In this document: positions 20,072-29,891 of the stretch, piece by piece
Position numbering within the stretch: position 1 is the stretch's first letter
Layout: the number at the start of each line of letters is the position of its first letter
DNA from: Deltaproteobacteria bacterium
Lineage (GTDB): Bacteria > Desulfobacterota > GWC2-55-46
NCBI GenBank assembly: GCA_038043525.1
Contig: JBBTBW010000006.1
Coordinates: forward strand, 77,442-141,441
Direction of reading: 5' to 3'
Length of the DNA: 64,000 nucleotides
Program-made: the position numbers and the translations under genes
The notes under the pieces: model-generated
What the model saw: only the letters and a program-made list of their open reading frames with translations
The model's database searches: none
Told to the model about the DNA's origin: nothing

Positions 20072-21640
20072 TTGGACCTGATAGTCAGCAATCTGCGCAT
20101 AGCCGTTGAGAGGGACGGAGTAGACGAATATCTGAAGGCCGCCTCTCAGAAGTTGCAGGTCGGCGTGAAGGCATTGAGTTTCGTCAAGATCCTCAGCAAA
20201 TCAATCGACGCGAGGAACAAAAAACAGTTTTTCTATGAGATCGCGATCGTGGTCGCCGTCCCTGAAGGGTTCAACAACCCTGAAGGCTTAGAGGTCTACA
20301 TAGAAAGACCAAAGACGGTCAAGGTGCTCAAAGGCCCTGTTGACAGGCCTATTATCGTAGGCTTCGGCCCTGCTGGTATGTTTGCCGCACTTGAGCTGAT
20401 AGAATACGGGCTCAAGCCGATAATATTCGAGAGAGGCAAAAAGATAGAAGAGCGCTCTGTAGATGTGCGCAGATTTATCAAGGAGAGGGTCCTTGACCCT
20501 GAGTCGAACATCCAGTTCGGCGAGGGCGGCGCAGGCTCATATTCGGATGGAAAGCTGTTTTCCAGGATAAAGAATTCCGAGTACATAGACAAGGTGTTAG
20601 ATACTTTTATCAGGTTCGGCGGACCGGAAGAGATAGGGTATATGCACAAGCCCCATCTCGGAACGGACGTCCTTTGTAAGATTGTCCGCAATATCAGGGA
20701 GCATATACTTGAGAGGGGCGGCCAGATCCATTACAGCTCGCGTATGACGGACATCATCATATCTGACGGCATGGCTTTGGGCGTTGTGATAAACGGCGGA
20801 AGCGAGTACCGTTCATCAAATATCTTCTTAGGCCTCGGCCATTCAGCGCGCGATACCTTCGAGATGCTTCACGCAAAAGGGGTCGCGATCGAGCAAAAGC
20901 CCATCTCCGTCGGCGTAAGGATCGAGCACCCGGCCGAGGTGATCAATGTTATGAGGCACGGAGAGAAGTACAAGTCATTCCCCGGGATCGGTGCGGCGAC
21001 GTATTCCTTGAGCCATAACGACCGTAAGATCGGCCGGGGGATATTTACCTTCTGCATGTGTCCGGGCGGCGAGGTTGTAAACGCCTCGTCAGAGGAAGGG
21101 ATGCATGTTGTAAACGGCATGAGCTACTCGACCAGGTCGTCTCCGTTTTCAAATTCGGCGATAGTCGTGACATGCAATACGGACGACTACGGCTCATCTG
21201 ACCCGCTGGCAGGGTTGGAATTCCAGAAGGCGATAGAGAGAAAGGCGTTTGCCTCTGCTGGGGGTGGATGGCAGGCCCCGGGACAGAACCTGATCGATTT
21301 TATGGCAGGAAGGGTCTCGAAGAGCCTGAATAAGAACTCGTTCGCAATGGGCCTTACTTCAGTTGATATGACGGAGGTCTTCCCGACCTTTGTAAATACA
21401 GCGCTCCTGTCAGCGTTCAACAAATGGAAGGATGCCTACCCGCTTTTCGTCTCGCACCATGCCTTGCTACTTGGTACTGAGACAAGGACGTCAGCCCCTT
21501 TAAGGCTCAAGCGGAGCGAGAGCTACGAGTCGGTAAACGTAAAAAACCTTATTCCGATAGGCGAGGGCTCAGGCTACACCGGAGGGATAACCAGCTCGGC
21601 CGCCGACGCTATAAAGGCTGTTGAGGCGCGGATGGGGTAG
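20072..21640 (+). CDS. FAD-dependent oxidoreductase (COG2509-like uncharacterised FAD-dependent dehydrogenase)
   Basis: Dinucleotide-binding GxGxxG (VGFGPAGMFAALE), an E 19 residues downstream (FERG), and 522-aa length. Confidence 0.6.
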   Translation: MDLIVSNLRIAVERDGVDEYLKAASQKLQVGVKALSFVKILSKSIDARNKKQFFYEIAIVVAVPEGFNNPEGLEVYIERPKTVKVLKGPVDRPIIVGFGPAGMFAALELIEYGLKPIIFERGKKIEERSVDVRRFIKERVLDPESNIQFGEGGAGSYSDGKLFSRIKNSEYIDKVLDTFIRFGGPEEIGYMHKPHLGTDVLCKIVRNIREHILERGGQIHYSSRMTDIIISDGMALGVVINGGSEYRSSNIFLGLGHSARDTFEMLHAKGVAIEQKPISVGVRIEHPAEVINVMRHGEKYKSFPGIGAATYSLSHNDRKIGRGIFTFCMCPGGEVVNASSEEGMHVVNGMSYSTRSSPFSNSAIVVTCNTDDYGSSDPLAGLEFQKAIERKAFASAGGGWQAPGQNLIDFMAGRVSKSLNKNSFAMGLTSVDMTEVFPTFVNTALLSAFNKWKDAYPLFVSHHALLLGTETRTSAPLRLKRSESYESVNVKNLIPIGEGSGYTGGITSSAADAIKAVEARMG

Positions 21641-21654
21641 GGCGCGCAGGTGAG

Positions 21655-21692
21655 GCTAATCCCTCCCGGCCTCACCTTAAATAAGGGGAGGA
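21655..21692. repeat. 38-bp hairpin-containing direct repeat, copy 1 (upstream of DUF559)
   Basis: ctaatccctcccggcctcaccttaaataaggggaggag matches 22158..22195 with 2 mismatches. Confidence 0.8.
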
Positions 21693-21809
21693 GCAAGACA
21701 ATGCCCCTATTTTTTCAAGAGATATTAATAGCGTAGTTGAGACGTTGAAAGAGCGCGCGGAGAAGTAAAGACAAAGCCCCCCTCTTTTTAAAGAGGGGCT
21801 GGGGGAGTT

Positions 21810-22244
21810 ATGAGGTTCCCGCACAACAACCAGAAGCTGAAAAAGAAGAGGCGTGAACTCAGACGGAATCAGACAGACGCTGAAAAGATGCTTTGGGCAC
21901 GGTTACGCAATAAACAATTTTATGGCGTAAAGTTCTTTCGACAATACAGCATGGGTGAGTATGTCCTGGATTTTTACTGCCCATCGCTAAAAGCCGCTAT
22001 AGAGCTGGACGGTGGACAGCACGCTGAAGACGAACAACGTAATCGCGACACTATACGCACAAACTATCTGCAAACGCATGAGATTACAGTCCTGCGATTC
22101 TGGAATAACGACGTACTCTCTAATATGGAGGGCGTCCTTGAGGAAATGTCCACACGACTAACCCCTCCCGGCCTCCCCTTAAATAAGGGGAGGAGTGAAG
22201 AAAAAGAAGAGGCGCAAACTCAGGCGGAAATATATAGGCGGTGA
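21810..22244 (+). CDS. DUF559 endonuclease-domain protein (Vsr-like fold)
   Basis: Hallmark DUF559 block: TDAEKMLWARLRN...FRQY...YVLDFYCPSLKAAIELDGGQH...RD...L...G..VLRF. Confidence 0.8.
   Translation: MRFPHNNQKLKKKRRELRRNQTDAEKMLWARLRNKQFYGVKFFRQYSMGEYVLDFYCPSLKAAIELDGGQHAEDEQRNRDTIRTNYLQTHEITVLRFWNNDVLSNMEGVLEEMSTRLTPPGLPLNKGRSEEKEEAQTQAEIYRR
22158..22195. repeat. 38-bp direct repeat, copy 2 (inside the 3' end of the DUF559 gene)
   Basis: ctaacccctcccggcctccccttaaataaggggaggag. Confidence 0.8.
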
Positions 22245-22619
22245 AAGTTTTTTTTAATCATCAGATTGAATCACGATGTGTATTGACGTAGCTGTTGCGG
22301 TACCTAAGTGGCGCTTAAAAGTTTTTTGGCCATCATCTTGAGATTCGCTGGTTCAGTAGCGAAGTGCAACACTTGGGAGAGCAGAAAGGAAGATTGCCTA
22401 ATCAATAACAGGCCCGGAAAATGCATAGGCTTCAGAAAACCAATCGAAGCAGCTGCTCCCTCCGTTGTACTTTAAGGTTGAATTCGGAGATTGGATCTGC
22501 CGGCCGCTGTCCGGTTCGTGTTCGGGTTGGATTGTCAGTTTCTTTTTTTCGGGTGGATTAACGGCGCTTTCGTGATATTCTGATGGGGTTAGTTTATCGA
22601 CATTCAAAGAGGCGCTACA

Positions 22620-23882
22620 GTGACGGAAGAAATCATAAAATGCCCTTCGTGCGGCTCGAATATCCCGCTTAATGAAACGCTTGCCAATCAGGCGAAGGAG
22701 AGCGCGAGGAAGGAGTTCGAGGCCCGCGGACGTGAAAAGGATAGTGAGATAAAGAGGCGTGAAGAGGAGCTTGAGCGCGCCCGCCAGGAGATCGAGGCCT
22801 CGAAAAAGGCTGTAGCCGAGACCGTTGAAAAGAGGCTCGCCTCCGAGAAGCTGAGGTTGTCCCTGGAAGCAGAAAAGAAAGCGCGCGAAGCGGTGCTTGT
22901 CGAGTTAAACGACCTGAATGCCGCAACAGCCGAGAAGGACAAGCTCCTTGCCGGTGCAAGGGATGCCGAGCTTGAGCAGAGGAAAAAGGCGAGAGACCTT
23001 GGGGAGAGGAACAAGACTCTTGAGCTTGATATGGCAAGAAAGATGGATGAGGAGAGGGAGCGGATAAAGGCCGCGGCTTTTGACACCTTCTCTGAGGAGC
23101 ACAGGCTCAAGGACCTTGAAAAGGACAAACAGCTCGGCGACATGAGAAAGACGATCGATGAGCTGAAGAGAAAGTCAGAGCAGGGATCGATGCAGACGCA
23201 GGGCGAGGTCCTTGAACTCGACCTTGAGTCCATGTTAAAGACAAGGTTCCCTATAGACGCGATAGAGCCGGTGATGAAAGGAAGGCGCGGCGCAGATATA
23301 CTGCACAGGGTCTACACAAGGGGTGGGACTATCTGCGGCACAATAATCTGGGAATTCAAGTCCACAAAGGCATGGTCTGACGACTGGATAGCAAAGCTTA
23401 AGGACGACCAGCGCGAAGAGCGCGCCGATATCGCGGTTATCGTGACAGGGACGATGCCTAAGGGAGTAGCTGCCTTCGCCCTTGTAGAAGGCGTCTGGGT
23501 GACCTCTATAGCCCTTGCCGGGCCTCTTGCCGAGGCGCTCAGGGTAAACCTCATCCAGCTTTCATCTTCGAGGCTCGCCTCGGTTGGCAAGAACGAGAAG
23601 ATGGAGGCGATATATAATTATCTTACCGGTCCCGAGTTCAGGCAAAAGGTGGAGGCGATTGCAGAGGCCTTTACAGCCATGAAAGACGACCTGGAACAAG
23701 AAAAAAGGGCCATGCACAGGATATGGGCCAAGAGGGATAAGCAGATAGAGCGTGTCGTCACGAACACGCTTCGGATGTACGGCGACGTTCAAGGCATCGC
23801 GATGCTCCCTGATATAAAATCGCTTGAGCTTGGTGCAGGCGCTGTTGATTCCGAGTCAGAGGATGGAACTGGGCTTTTTTAG
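22620..23882 (+). CDS. DUF2130-family protein: N-terminal zinc ribbon, long coiled coil, C-terminal PD-(D/E)xK-like domain
   Basis: CPSCGS, a roughly 180-residue E/K/R-rich coiled coil, then GADILHRV...GTIIWEFKS...IAVIVT, consistent with DUF2130. Confidence 0.65.
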   Translation: MTEEIIKCPSCGSNIPLNETLANQAKESARKEFEARGREKDSEIKRREEELERARQEIEASKKAVAETVEKRLASEKLRLSLEAEKKAREAVLVELNDLNAATAEKDKLLAGARDAELEQRKKARDLGERNKTLELDMARKMDEERERIKAAAFDTFSEEHRLKDLEKDKQLGDMRKTIDELKRKSEQGSMQTQGEVLELDLESMLKTRFPIDAIEPVMKGRRGADILHRVYTRGGTICGTIIWEFKSTKAWSDDWIAKLKDDQREERADIAVIVTGTMPKGVAAFALVEGVWVTSIALAGPLAEALRVNLIQLSSSRLASVGKNEKMEAIYNYLTGPEFRQKVEAIAEAFTAMKDDLEQEKRAMHRIWAKRDKQIERVVTNTLRMYGDVQGIAMLPDIKSLELGAGAVDSESEDGTGLF

Positions 23883-23912
23883 AGGCAAAGAAAACAATCA
23901 AAAGACAGGCGG

Positions 23913-24197
23913 GTGGAAATGGGCGTATCGATAGTCATTGTACTGCTGTTCGCGTTCTCGATCGGGATACTTCCGGCCTTCATGGCCTTGAAGATGAAGC
24001 GTAATTTTTTCCTCTGGTGGATATACGGATCGCTTCTTTTTCCGATAGCGTTGGCGCATGTCTACTGGCTTAAAAACGGCTTCCCTATCTTCAGGTCGTC
24101 AGGGACGAAGAGGTGCGGGTTCTGCAGGACCGTGGTAGACGTCAATGCCACGCATTGTACTCACTGCGGGTACGATTTTACGACGATGGGATATTGA
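23913..24197 (+). CDS. Small membrane protein with a C-terminal zinc ribbon
   Basis: Two TM helices, then CGFC...CTHCG. Confidence 0.45.
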   Translation: MEMGVSIVIVLLFAFSIGILPAFMALKMKRNFFLWWIYGSLLFPIALAHVYWLKNGFPIFRSSGTKRCGFCRTVVDVNATHCTHCGYDFTTMGY

Positions 24198-24475
24198 CAG
24201 ACGTCTTTTGAGCTTCCGTGCTTCGGCCATCCTGCGCGGCCGGCCGTGGTTTGGATAGGTTATTAATCGTTATTTTTAGGGCCTTAAAGTCTCGATTATC
24301 CTCTTCGGCAGGCCGTGTCTTTATAGCGCGGCCTGTCGATTTGATGTGAGCTACTCCATCACAGCCTGCCGGTCTTTTGCGCCGTTCGTTCGCATCTAAT
24401 GGTGCCTTTCCAATTCCGCAGAAAATATCAACTCTGAGATGCAAGGCGCTGATCTGTTGACCAGGCTACATCCAT

Positions 24476-25237
24476 CTATTCCAGGTCTATCGTCATTCCG
24501 TCGTAGGCGAGCTCGACTCCCTTAGGCAGAAGCCCGTTGTCTCTCTCGTAGTCGAGGCCGTGGCCGAGGTGCGTAAGGAGCGTCCGCCCGGGTTTGAGCA
24601 TGCCGGCGACCTCTATCGCTTGCTCTATCGTAAAATGCGTTGGATGCGGCTTGTGCCTGAGAGCGCCTATGACAAGGACCTCGATCCCTTCAAGCAGCCT
24701 GATAGATTCGGCAGGTATCGAGCTGCAGTCAGTGACGTACGCGGCTTTGCCTATGCGGTAGCCGAGTATCTGCGCCCTTCCGTGGTATATGTCTATCGGG
24801 GTGATTTTAACGCCTGCCGCTTCGAACGGCCCTGACACCTCAGAGGCCGTAAGGTTGGGCTTCCATCCATCCATGCCGTCGTCGGAGAATATGTAGTCGA
24901 ACATGGTCTTTATGCGCCCTATCGTGAAGGGGTTGCCATAGCATGGTATGGCGTCTTTTTGCACCATGTTGAAGGACCTGAGGTCGTCTATGCCGTGGAT
25001 ATGGTCTGCGTGGGGGTGCGTGAAAAGGACTGCGTCTACCCGCTCGACCCTGTTGGCGAGCGCCTGGGTCCTCAGATCTGTGGATGTGTCTATCAGGAGG
25101 TTCTTGCCGCAGGTATGAACGAGCAGGGATGACCTTGTGCGCTTGTTGCGGGCGTCATCCGAGGAACATACTGTGCAGTGGCAGCCTATGACTGGCACCC
25201 CTGTGGAAGTGCCGCATCCAAGTACGGTCAGTTTCAT
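24476..25237 (-). CDS. MBL-fold metallo-hydrolase (PhnP/ElaC-like)
   Basis: HPHADHIHG metal-binding motif, 253 aa. Confidence 0.8.
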   Translation of the reverse strand: MKLTVLGCGTSTGVPVIGCHCTVCSSDDARNKRTRSSLLVHTCGKNLLIDTSTDLRTQALANRVERVDAVLFTHPHADHIHGIDDLRSFNMVQKDAIPCYGNPFTIGRIKTMFDYIFSDDGMDGWKPNLTASEVSGPFEAAGVKITPIDIYHGRAQILGYRIGKAAYVTDCSSIPAESIRLLEGIEVLVIGALRHKPHPTHFTIEQAIEVAGMLKPGRTLLTHLGHGLDYERDNGLLPKGVELAYDGMTIDLE

Positions 25238-25388
25238 CGGTATGTTATCTGGAGATTGTCAGGCAGGATTGCCGTTAGGCGGCCAGGAACATTTTGCGGC
25301 TTCCTGTTCGCGGTTTACCGATTGGCGCAAAGAGCGTCGGTATTTTTTCGGGCGGCTGATGGCGCTCCCAACAGCTCTATCCGGCAGG

Positions 25389-25622
25389 TCAGGGTTTGTA
25401 TTCGCCTACGACCGTAAGCTCTCCCATGACCTCATCTTCGTGCGGCGCGTCAGACATGAAATCCGTCAGGTCGCTTCCGGCATAGTGCTCGAAGTGCATT
25501 CCGTCGATGAAGAGCGGGTTGTCTGTGACGTCGTATACCTTGCCCTTGTAGGCGATGTATATCGGGGTGTCCGGGTTCGCCCCGTCGAATTTTTTAAGTT
25601 CCGCTTCATTGAAGATTTTCAT
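25389..25622 (-). CDS. Cytochrome b5-like haem/steroid-binding domain protein
   Basis: A 77-aa ORF with the AELKKFDGANPDTPIYIAYKGKVYDVT pattern typical of cyt-b5-like domains. Confidence 0.6.
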   Translation of the reverse strand: MKIFNEAELKKFDGANPDTPIYIAYKGKVYDVTDNPLFIDGMHFEHYAGSDLTDFMSDAPHEDEVMGELTVVGEYKP

Positions 25623-25625
25623 GGA

Positions 25626-26501
25626 CTAAATATAAAACGGCGCCGGCATGAAAGTCAATACAAATACGGCCAGTGCCGCGATGGCTATGACCCTTCTCTT
25701 CCAGTCCAGAGGCTCGCGTTCGTTTTCTATAGGCGGATGGAACAACCCCAGTATCGAGATCAGCGCCGCCCATATAAACCACCCCGGCCAGGCGAAGACC
25801 CCGAGGGCCACCAGGATCGAGATTATCACCGCTGAAAAAGGGCGCTGCCGCCGTCCCAAGAGGGCATACGCGATGTGTCCGCCGTCGAGCTGGCCTATCG
25901 GCAGGAGGTTCATGGCTGTAACGAACATCCCTATCCAGCCTGCGAAGGCGACAGGGTGGAGAGAGACGTCGAGCCCTTCTCTCAAAGGCCCGAACGTAAG
26001 ATAGGTCAAGGCCTCGAATATCAAGGATGATCCGAGGCCGAGGGCTCCGGAGACCGAGCTTTTCTCAATGATCGCTGAGTGGTCGAGACCCCATGATGTG
26101 ACAGCGAGCGCGACTATGAACCCTGCAAGCGGCCCTGAGGCCCCGATCTCGACAAGGGCGTTCTTCGTGGTTATCGGCGACTTGATGCGGATGACGGCCC
26201 CGAAGGTCCCTATCATCGGCGGTATCGGCGGACCGGGTATGAATAAAGGGAACGTGGTTACTACATTATGTCTTTTTGCCGCGAAGAAGTGGCCAAGCTC
26301 GTGCGTGCCCAGTATCAGAAGGAGCGAAAAGGAGAATGGAACTCCTGCGAGCATCAACGACGGGTCGGAGAATATATCAGCCCCTTCAAAGAGAGCGCCG
26401 GCCGCGACCGTAGTCAATACGGTGCAGATGAAGAGCACTAATGGGAGGAGCGCCCTCGGGCCGCGCGCCCGTGAGGATGTCGAATGGTTCTTTCCATTCA
26501 T
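25626..26501 (-). CDS. Site-2 protease family (M50) zinc metalloprotease
   Basis: HELGHFFAAK (HExxH) within a polytopic membrane protein. Confidence 0.8.
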   Translation of the reverse strand: MNGKNHSTSSRARGPRALLPLVLFICTVLTTVAAGALFEGADIFSDPSLMLAGVPFSFSLLLILGTHELGHFFAAKRHNVVTTFPLFIPGPPIPPMIGTFGAVIRIKSPITTKNALVEIGASGPLAGFIVALAVTSWGLDHSAIIEKSSVSGALGLGSSLIFEALTYLTFGPLREGLDVSLHPVAFAGWIGMFVTAMNLLPIGQLDGGHIAYALLGRRQRPFSAVIISILVALGVFAWPGWFIWAALISILGLFHPPIENEREPLDWKRRVIAIAALAVFVLTFMPAPFYI

Positions 26502-26524
26502 GGGAGTCTCATTGCCGCCTGGTC

Positions 26525-27625
26525 CTAGCCCGGCCAGCTGTTCTTCTGTCTTATATGGTCGAGGTATATCTCGATCGCTGTCTGGCCTATGCAGAGTATG
26601 AGCGGGCCGGCGATGATGCCTATGAAGCCGAATACATGCACGGCGCCGAGGATGCTGAAAAAGAGAAGGAGCGGATGGAGGTTTGTCTTGCCGCTCACTA
26701 TGAACGGTCTCAAGAGGTTATCCACAAGCCCTATCACGAAGACCCCCCAGAGGATCAGACCCGCGCCTGCCGCGTAATGCCCTGTGATAAGAAGATAGGC
26801 TGATGCAGGAAGCCATACTATGGCGGAGCCGACCGTCGGGATGAACGAGAAAAAGAACATAACGAAGCCCCATACTATAGCCGCCTGCAGGCCGATGGCC
26901 CAGAACGCGAGGCCGCCTAAGAGCCCCTGGATGAGGGCCACGAAAACTCCGCCGTAGAGGGTCGAGGCTATCACGGAACGGTTGCGCTCTACCACCATCT
27001 CCTTGTCTGTCTCAGACAGTGGGAGCAGGTCTTTTATGAGAGTGAGGACCTTGTCCCCGTCTTTAAAGAGGAAGAACATGGCGAAAAAAGCGAGGATGAT
27101 GTTGAAAATAAACTCGGCGAAGCTTTTTATGAAACCCCTCAGCCCCTCGCCTGCGAACCCGGCGGCCTCTCTTACTATGCCAGCGAAGAAGCCCCTCAGG
27201 TCGACGCTGGATATGTCGACGTACCTGCCGATGAAACTCTCGAATTTGGAAAAAAAGAAGAGAGGCGACTGGTGCGCCCTGCCGGAGACCTCGTTCATGT
27301 AGCCCTCAGCCCAGTGATAGAGGCCGAAAAGCTCGTTCGCCATGGCCGCGCCGATTATCATCATAGGTATCATGATGAAAAGGGCTATTGAAGCGCATGC
27401 CACAAGGGATGCCGCCATCTGCCGGTTGCCGAACTTCTTCAGGAGCCAGATGTAGTAGGGGTAAAAGAGGATGACCAGCGCCGTCGCCCAGAATATCGGG
27501 ATCACAAACGGGACCAGTATCAGGTACGTCAGATAGAGGCCGAGGAACGCAAGTATTATCGCTAGTATGTTTTCTGATTTCATCGCGTGGGCCACCCGCC
27601 CGGAGGCGTTCAGGGGAGCGGACAT
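26525..27625 (-). CDS. AI-2E family transporter (PerM/YhhT-like)
   Basis: 8-TM topology and length typical of AI-2E/UPF0118. Confidence 0.7.
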   Translation of the reverse strand: MSAPLNASGRVAHAMKSENILAIILAFLGLYLTYLILVPFVIPIFWATALVILFYPYYIWLLKKFGNRQMAASLVACASIALFIMIPMMIIGAAMANELFGLYHWAEGYMNEVSGRAHQSPLFFFSKFESFIGRYVDISSVDLRGFFAGIVREAAGFAGEGLRGFIKSFAEFIFNIILAFFAMFFLFKDGDKVLTLIKDLLPLSETDKEMVVERNRSVIASTLYGGVFVALIQGLLGGLAFWAIGLQAAIVWGFVMFFFSFIPTVGSAIVWLPASAYLLITGHYAAGAGLILWGVFVIGLVDNLLRPFIVSGKTNLHPLLLFFSILGAVHVFGFIGIIAGPLILCIGQTAIEIYLDHIRQKNSWPG

Positions 27626-27734
27626 TTATTTTGATTTTCAGCCTGCATCCAAGTATAATTGTATTTTATCATAATACAAGCGGTTTTACCTGTAACAGCA
27701 CTAAAAAAGGCATAATAAAGAGGGTTGATAAGAG

Positions 27735-28757
27735 ATGACTAAGGCTGTAGCGCTACTATCCGGCGGGCTTGACAGCACGCTTGCGGTAAAAATGATGATC
27801 GAGCAGGGCATCGAAGTCTATGCCCTCAACTTCACCTCGGCTTTTTGCACCTGCAACAGCGGTGGGAAGCACCCGGGCGCCGAGGGCGGCGGGTGCAGGA
27901 GTGAGTCCAGGCGGGTCGCCGAAGAGTTCGGTATATCGATAAAGGTCATGTACAAGGGCACGGACTATATAGAGATAGTCCGTAACGCCAGACACGGCTA
28001 CGGCAAGGGGATGAACCCGTGCGTCGACTGCCGGATATATATGTTCAAGGCGGCTAAGGAGTATATGCAGGAGATTGGCGCCTCTTTCGTAATAACCGGA
28101 GAGGTGCTGGGTCAGAGGCCCATGAGCCAGAGGAAGGATGCCTTCAGGATTATAGAGCGTGAAAGCGGCCTTGAAGGGCTGATATTGAGGCCCTTGAGCG
28201 CGAAACAGCTGGAGCCGACCATCCCGGAGACGAGCGGCCTCGTCGACAGGGAGAAGCTCCTTGACGTTCTGGGTAGGTCGAGAAGACAGCAGATAGACCT
28301 TGCCGAGGAGCTCGATGTAAACGACTATCCGTGCCCGTCAGGGGGATGCCTCCTTACCGACAAGATATTCTCAAAGAAAGTGAGGGATCTCCTCGGCCAC
28401 AAGAAGGACGTTACAAAGAGGGACTTATCACTCTTGAAGTCAGGCCGCCACTTCAGGTTCGAGGGCGTCAAGATAGTCATCGGAAGGAACGAGGCTGACA
28501 ACGCAAAGATCAAGGCCCTTGCTCTCGCCGAGGAGACACTGATGGAGCCGTCGGGCTTTTCAGGCCCAGTAGCCCTTATCTGCGGGGAGGCTGGCCCTGT
28601 CGTTACGGCCTTTGCCGCCGGGCTTGTCCTTAGGTACGCGCAGGATAAATCAGTTGAAAAGAAGAGCTTTAACGTCACTGTAAACGGCATCACATCTGTC
28701 TTTGAGGCTGACGTAGCTGTTGAAGAGAGCATGATAGACGAGGTCAGGGTATGTTGA
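27735..28757 (+). CDS. PP-loop ATP-pyrophosphatase, ThiI/MnmA-like sulfur transferase lacking a THUMP domain, Cys-rich
   Basis: SGGLDS PP-loop at residues 9-14. NPCVDCRIYMFKAAKEYMQEIGASFVITGEVLGQ resembles the ThiI/MnmA catalytic region. Additional Cys clusters are present (CTCN, CPSGGC). Confidence 0.6.
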   Translation: MTKAVALLSGGLDSTLAVKMMIEQGIEVYALNFTSAFCTCNSGGKHPGAEGGGCRSESRRVAEEFGISIKVMYKGTDYIEIVRNARHGYGKGMNPCVDCRIYMFKAAKEYMQEIGASFVITGEVLGQRPMSQRKDAFRIIERESGLEGLILRPLSAKQLEPTIPETSGLVDREKLLDVLGRSRRQQIDLAEELDVNDYPCPSGGCLLTDKIFSKKVRDLLGHKKDVTKRDLSLLKSGRHFRFEGVKIVIGRNEADNAKIKALALAEETLMEPSGFSGPVALICGEAGPVVTAFAAGLVLRYAQDKSVEKKSFNVTVNGITSVFEADVAVEESMIDEVRVC

Positions 28758-29659
28758 AGTCAGGGGCTGAGATCGTTGAAAAGACAGCGGTAATCCTTGG
28801 TGCCGCGCTTGACGCTGAGATCGAGGCGGCGGCAAAGGGGCCGGAGGCAGGGGCGCTTGAAAAGCTCGAAGGGCTTAAAAAAATACTGTTGGAGATGCGC
28901 TCTGTACTTGTCGCTTTCTCTGGCGGGGTCGATTCGTCGTTCCTTCTGAAGGTCGCTGTTGACACGCTCGGGGACAAGGCCGGGGCGCTTACAGCGACCT
29001 CGCCGACCTATCCTGAGAGGGAGTTCAATGAGGCCTGCTCCATCGCTGCGAGTCTGTGCGTAAGGCACATAGTGGTCGAGTCCAACGAGCTTGAGATACC
29101 CAACTTCGCGGATAATACAGACAAGAGATGCTACTACTGCAAGAGCGAGCTCTTTCAGATATCGCGTGAAAAGGCGACAGCCTTCGGTTTTGATAACGTA
29201 GCTGACGGCTCAAACGCAGACGACCTGAAGGACTATAGGCCCGGCAAGACCGCCGCAAAGGAGCTTGGCGTCAGAAGCCCTCTGCAGGAGGCCGGCCTCA
29301 ACAAGCTGGAGATAAGAGCTCTTAGCAGGGAGCTGGGGCTTGCTACATGGTCGAAGCCATCCTTTGCCTGTCTTTCTTCCCGCTTCCCATACGGCACCCG
29401 TATCACCGAGGAGAGGCTCGATAAGGTCAGCAGGGGAGAAGAACTTCTCCACGGCCTCGGATTCAGGCAGTTCAGGGTAAGGTATCACGGCGATACTGTC
29501 CGCATCGAGGTCGCCCCTGAACATATAGGTACGTTCCTCTCGGATGACGTCAGGTCCAGTGTCGTGGAAGGATTTAAAGAGATAGGCTTCATATATGTGA
29601 CGCTCGACCTGCAGGGGTACAGGACAGGGTCGATGAACGAGGCGCTGCCGAGGTCGTAA
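28751..29659 (+). CDS. LarE-like PP-loop ATP-dependent sulfur transferase (COG1606 family)
   Basis: SGGVDSS PP-loop after an N-terminal helix. CYYCK plus a third Cys (FACLSSRF) as in Fe-S-type LarE homologs. Overlaps the upstream gene by 7 nt. Confidence 0.6.
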   Translation: MLKSGAEIVEKTAVILGAALDAEIEAAAKGPEAGALEKLEGLKKILLEMRSVLVAFSGGVDSSFLLKVAVDTLGDKAGALTATSPTYPEREFNEACSIAASLCVRHIVVESNELEIPNFADNTDKRCYYCKSELFQISREKATAFGFDNVADGSNADDLKDYRPGKTAAKELGVRSPLQEAGLNKLEIRALSRELGLATWSKPSFACLSSRFPYGTRITEERLDKVSRGEELLHGLGFRQFRVRYHGDTVRIEVAPEHIGTFLSDDVRSSVVEGFKEIGFIYVTLDLQGYRTGSMNEALPRS

Positions 29660-29891
29660 CGGCGCGTTCGTGAGGAGGCAGGTCTTTAATAGGCAGGCCC
29701 GTTTGAAATATGCATAGCCCTGAGAGAACGGATCGTCACGCTATATTTTATATCTGAAGAGCAACTCCGTTACCCTCGAATGGGCTTCCTTGCGGAACTT
29801 TTGAGGTTTGACGGCAAGGCGTCGTCTCTGTGAATAGCAACTGCGCATACTTGCCAGCGTAGGGCTGTTGCATGGGGTGGCGGCTTTTAGT

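Noticed and set aside
22398-22607. 69-aa minus-strand ORF between the DUF559 and DUF2130 genes
   Set aside because: No RBS and no motifs. More likely a promoter or leader region for the DUF2130 gene.
22669-23233. Minus-strand ORFs (181 aa and 122 aa) opposite the DUF2130 gene
   Set aside because: Ser/Arg-rich low-complexity translations antisense to a repetitive E/K/R coiled-coil coding region, which is a classic artefact.
25137-25835. 232-aa plus-strand ORF spanning the MBL, b5-like and M50 genes
   Set aside because: It overlaps three convincingly annotated minus-strand genes and has no recognisable motifs.
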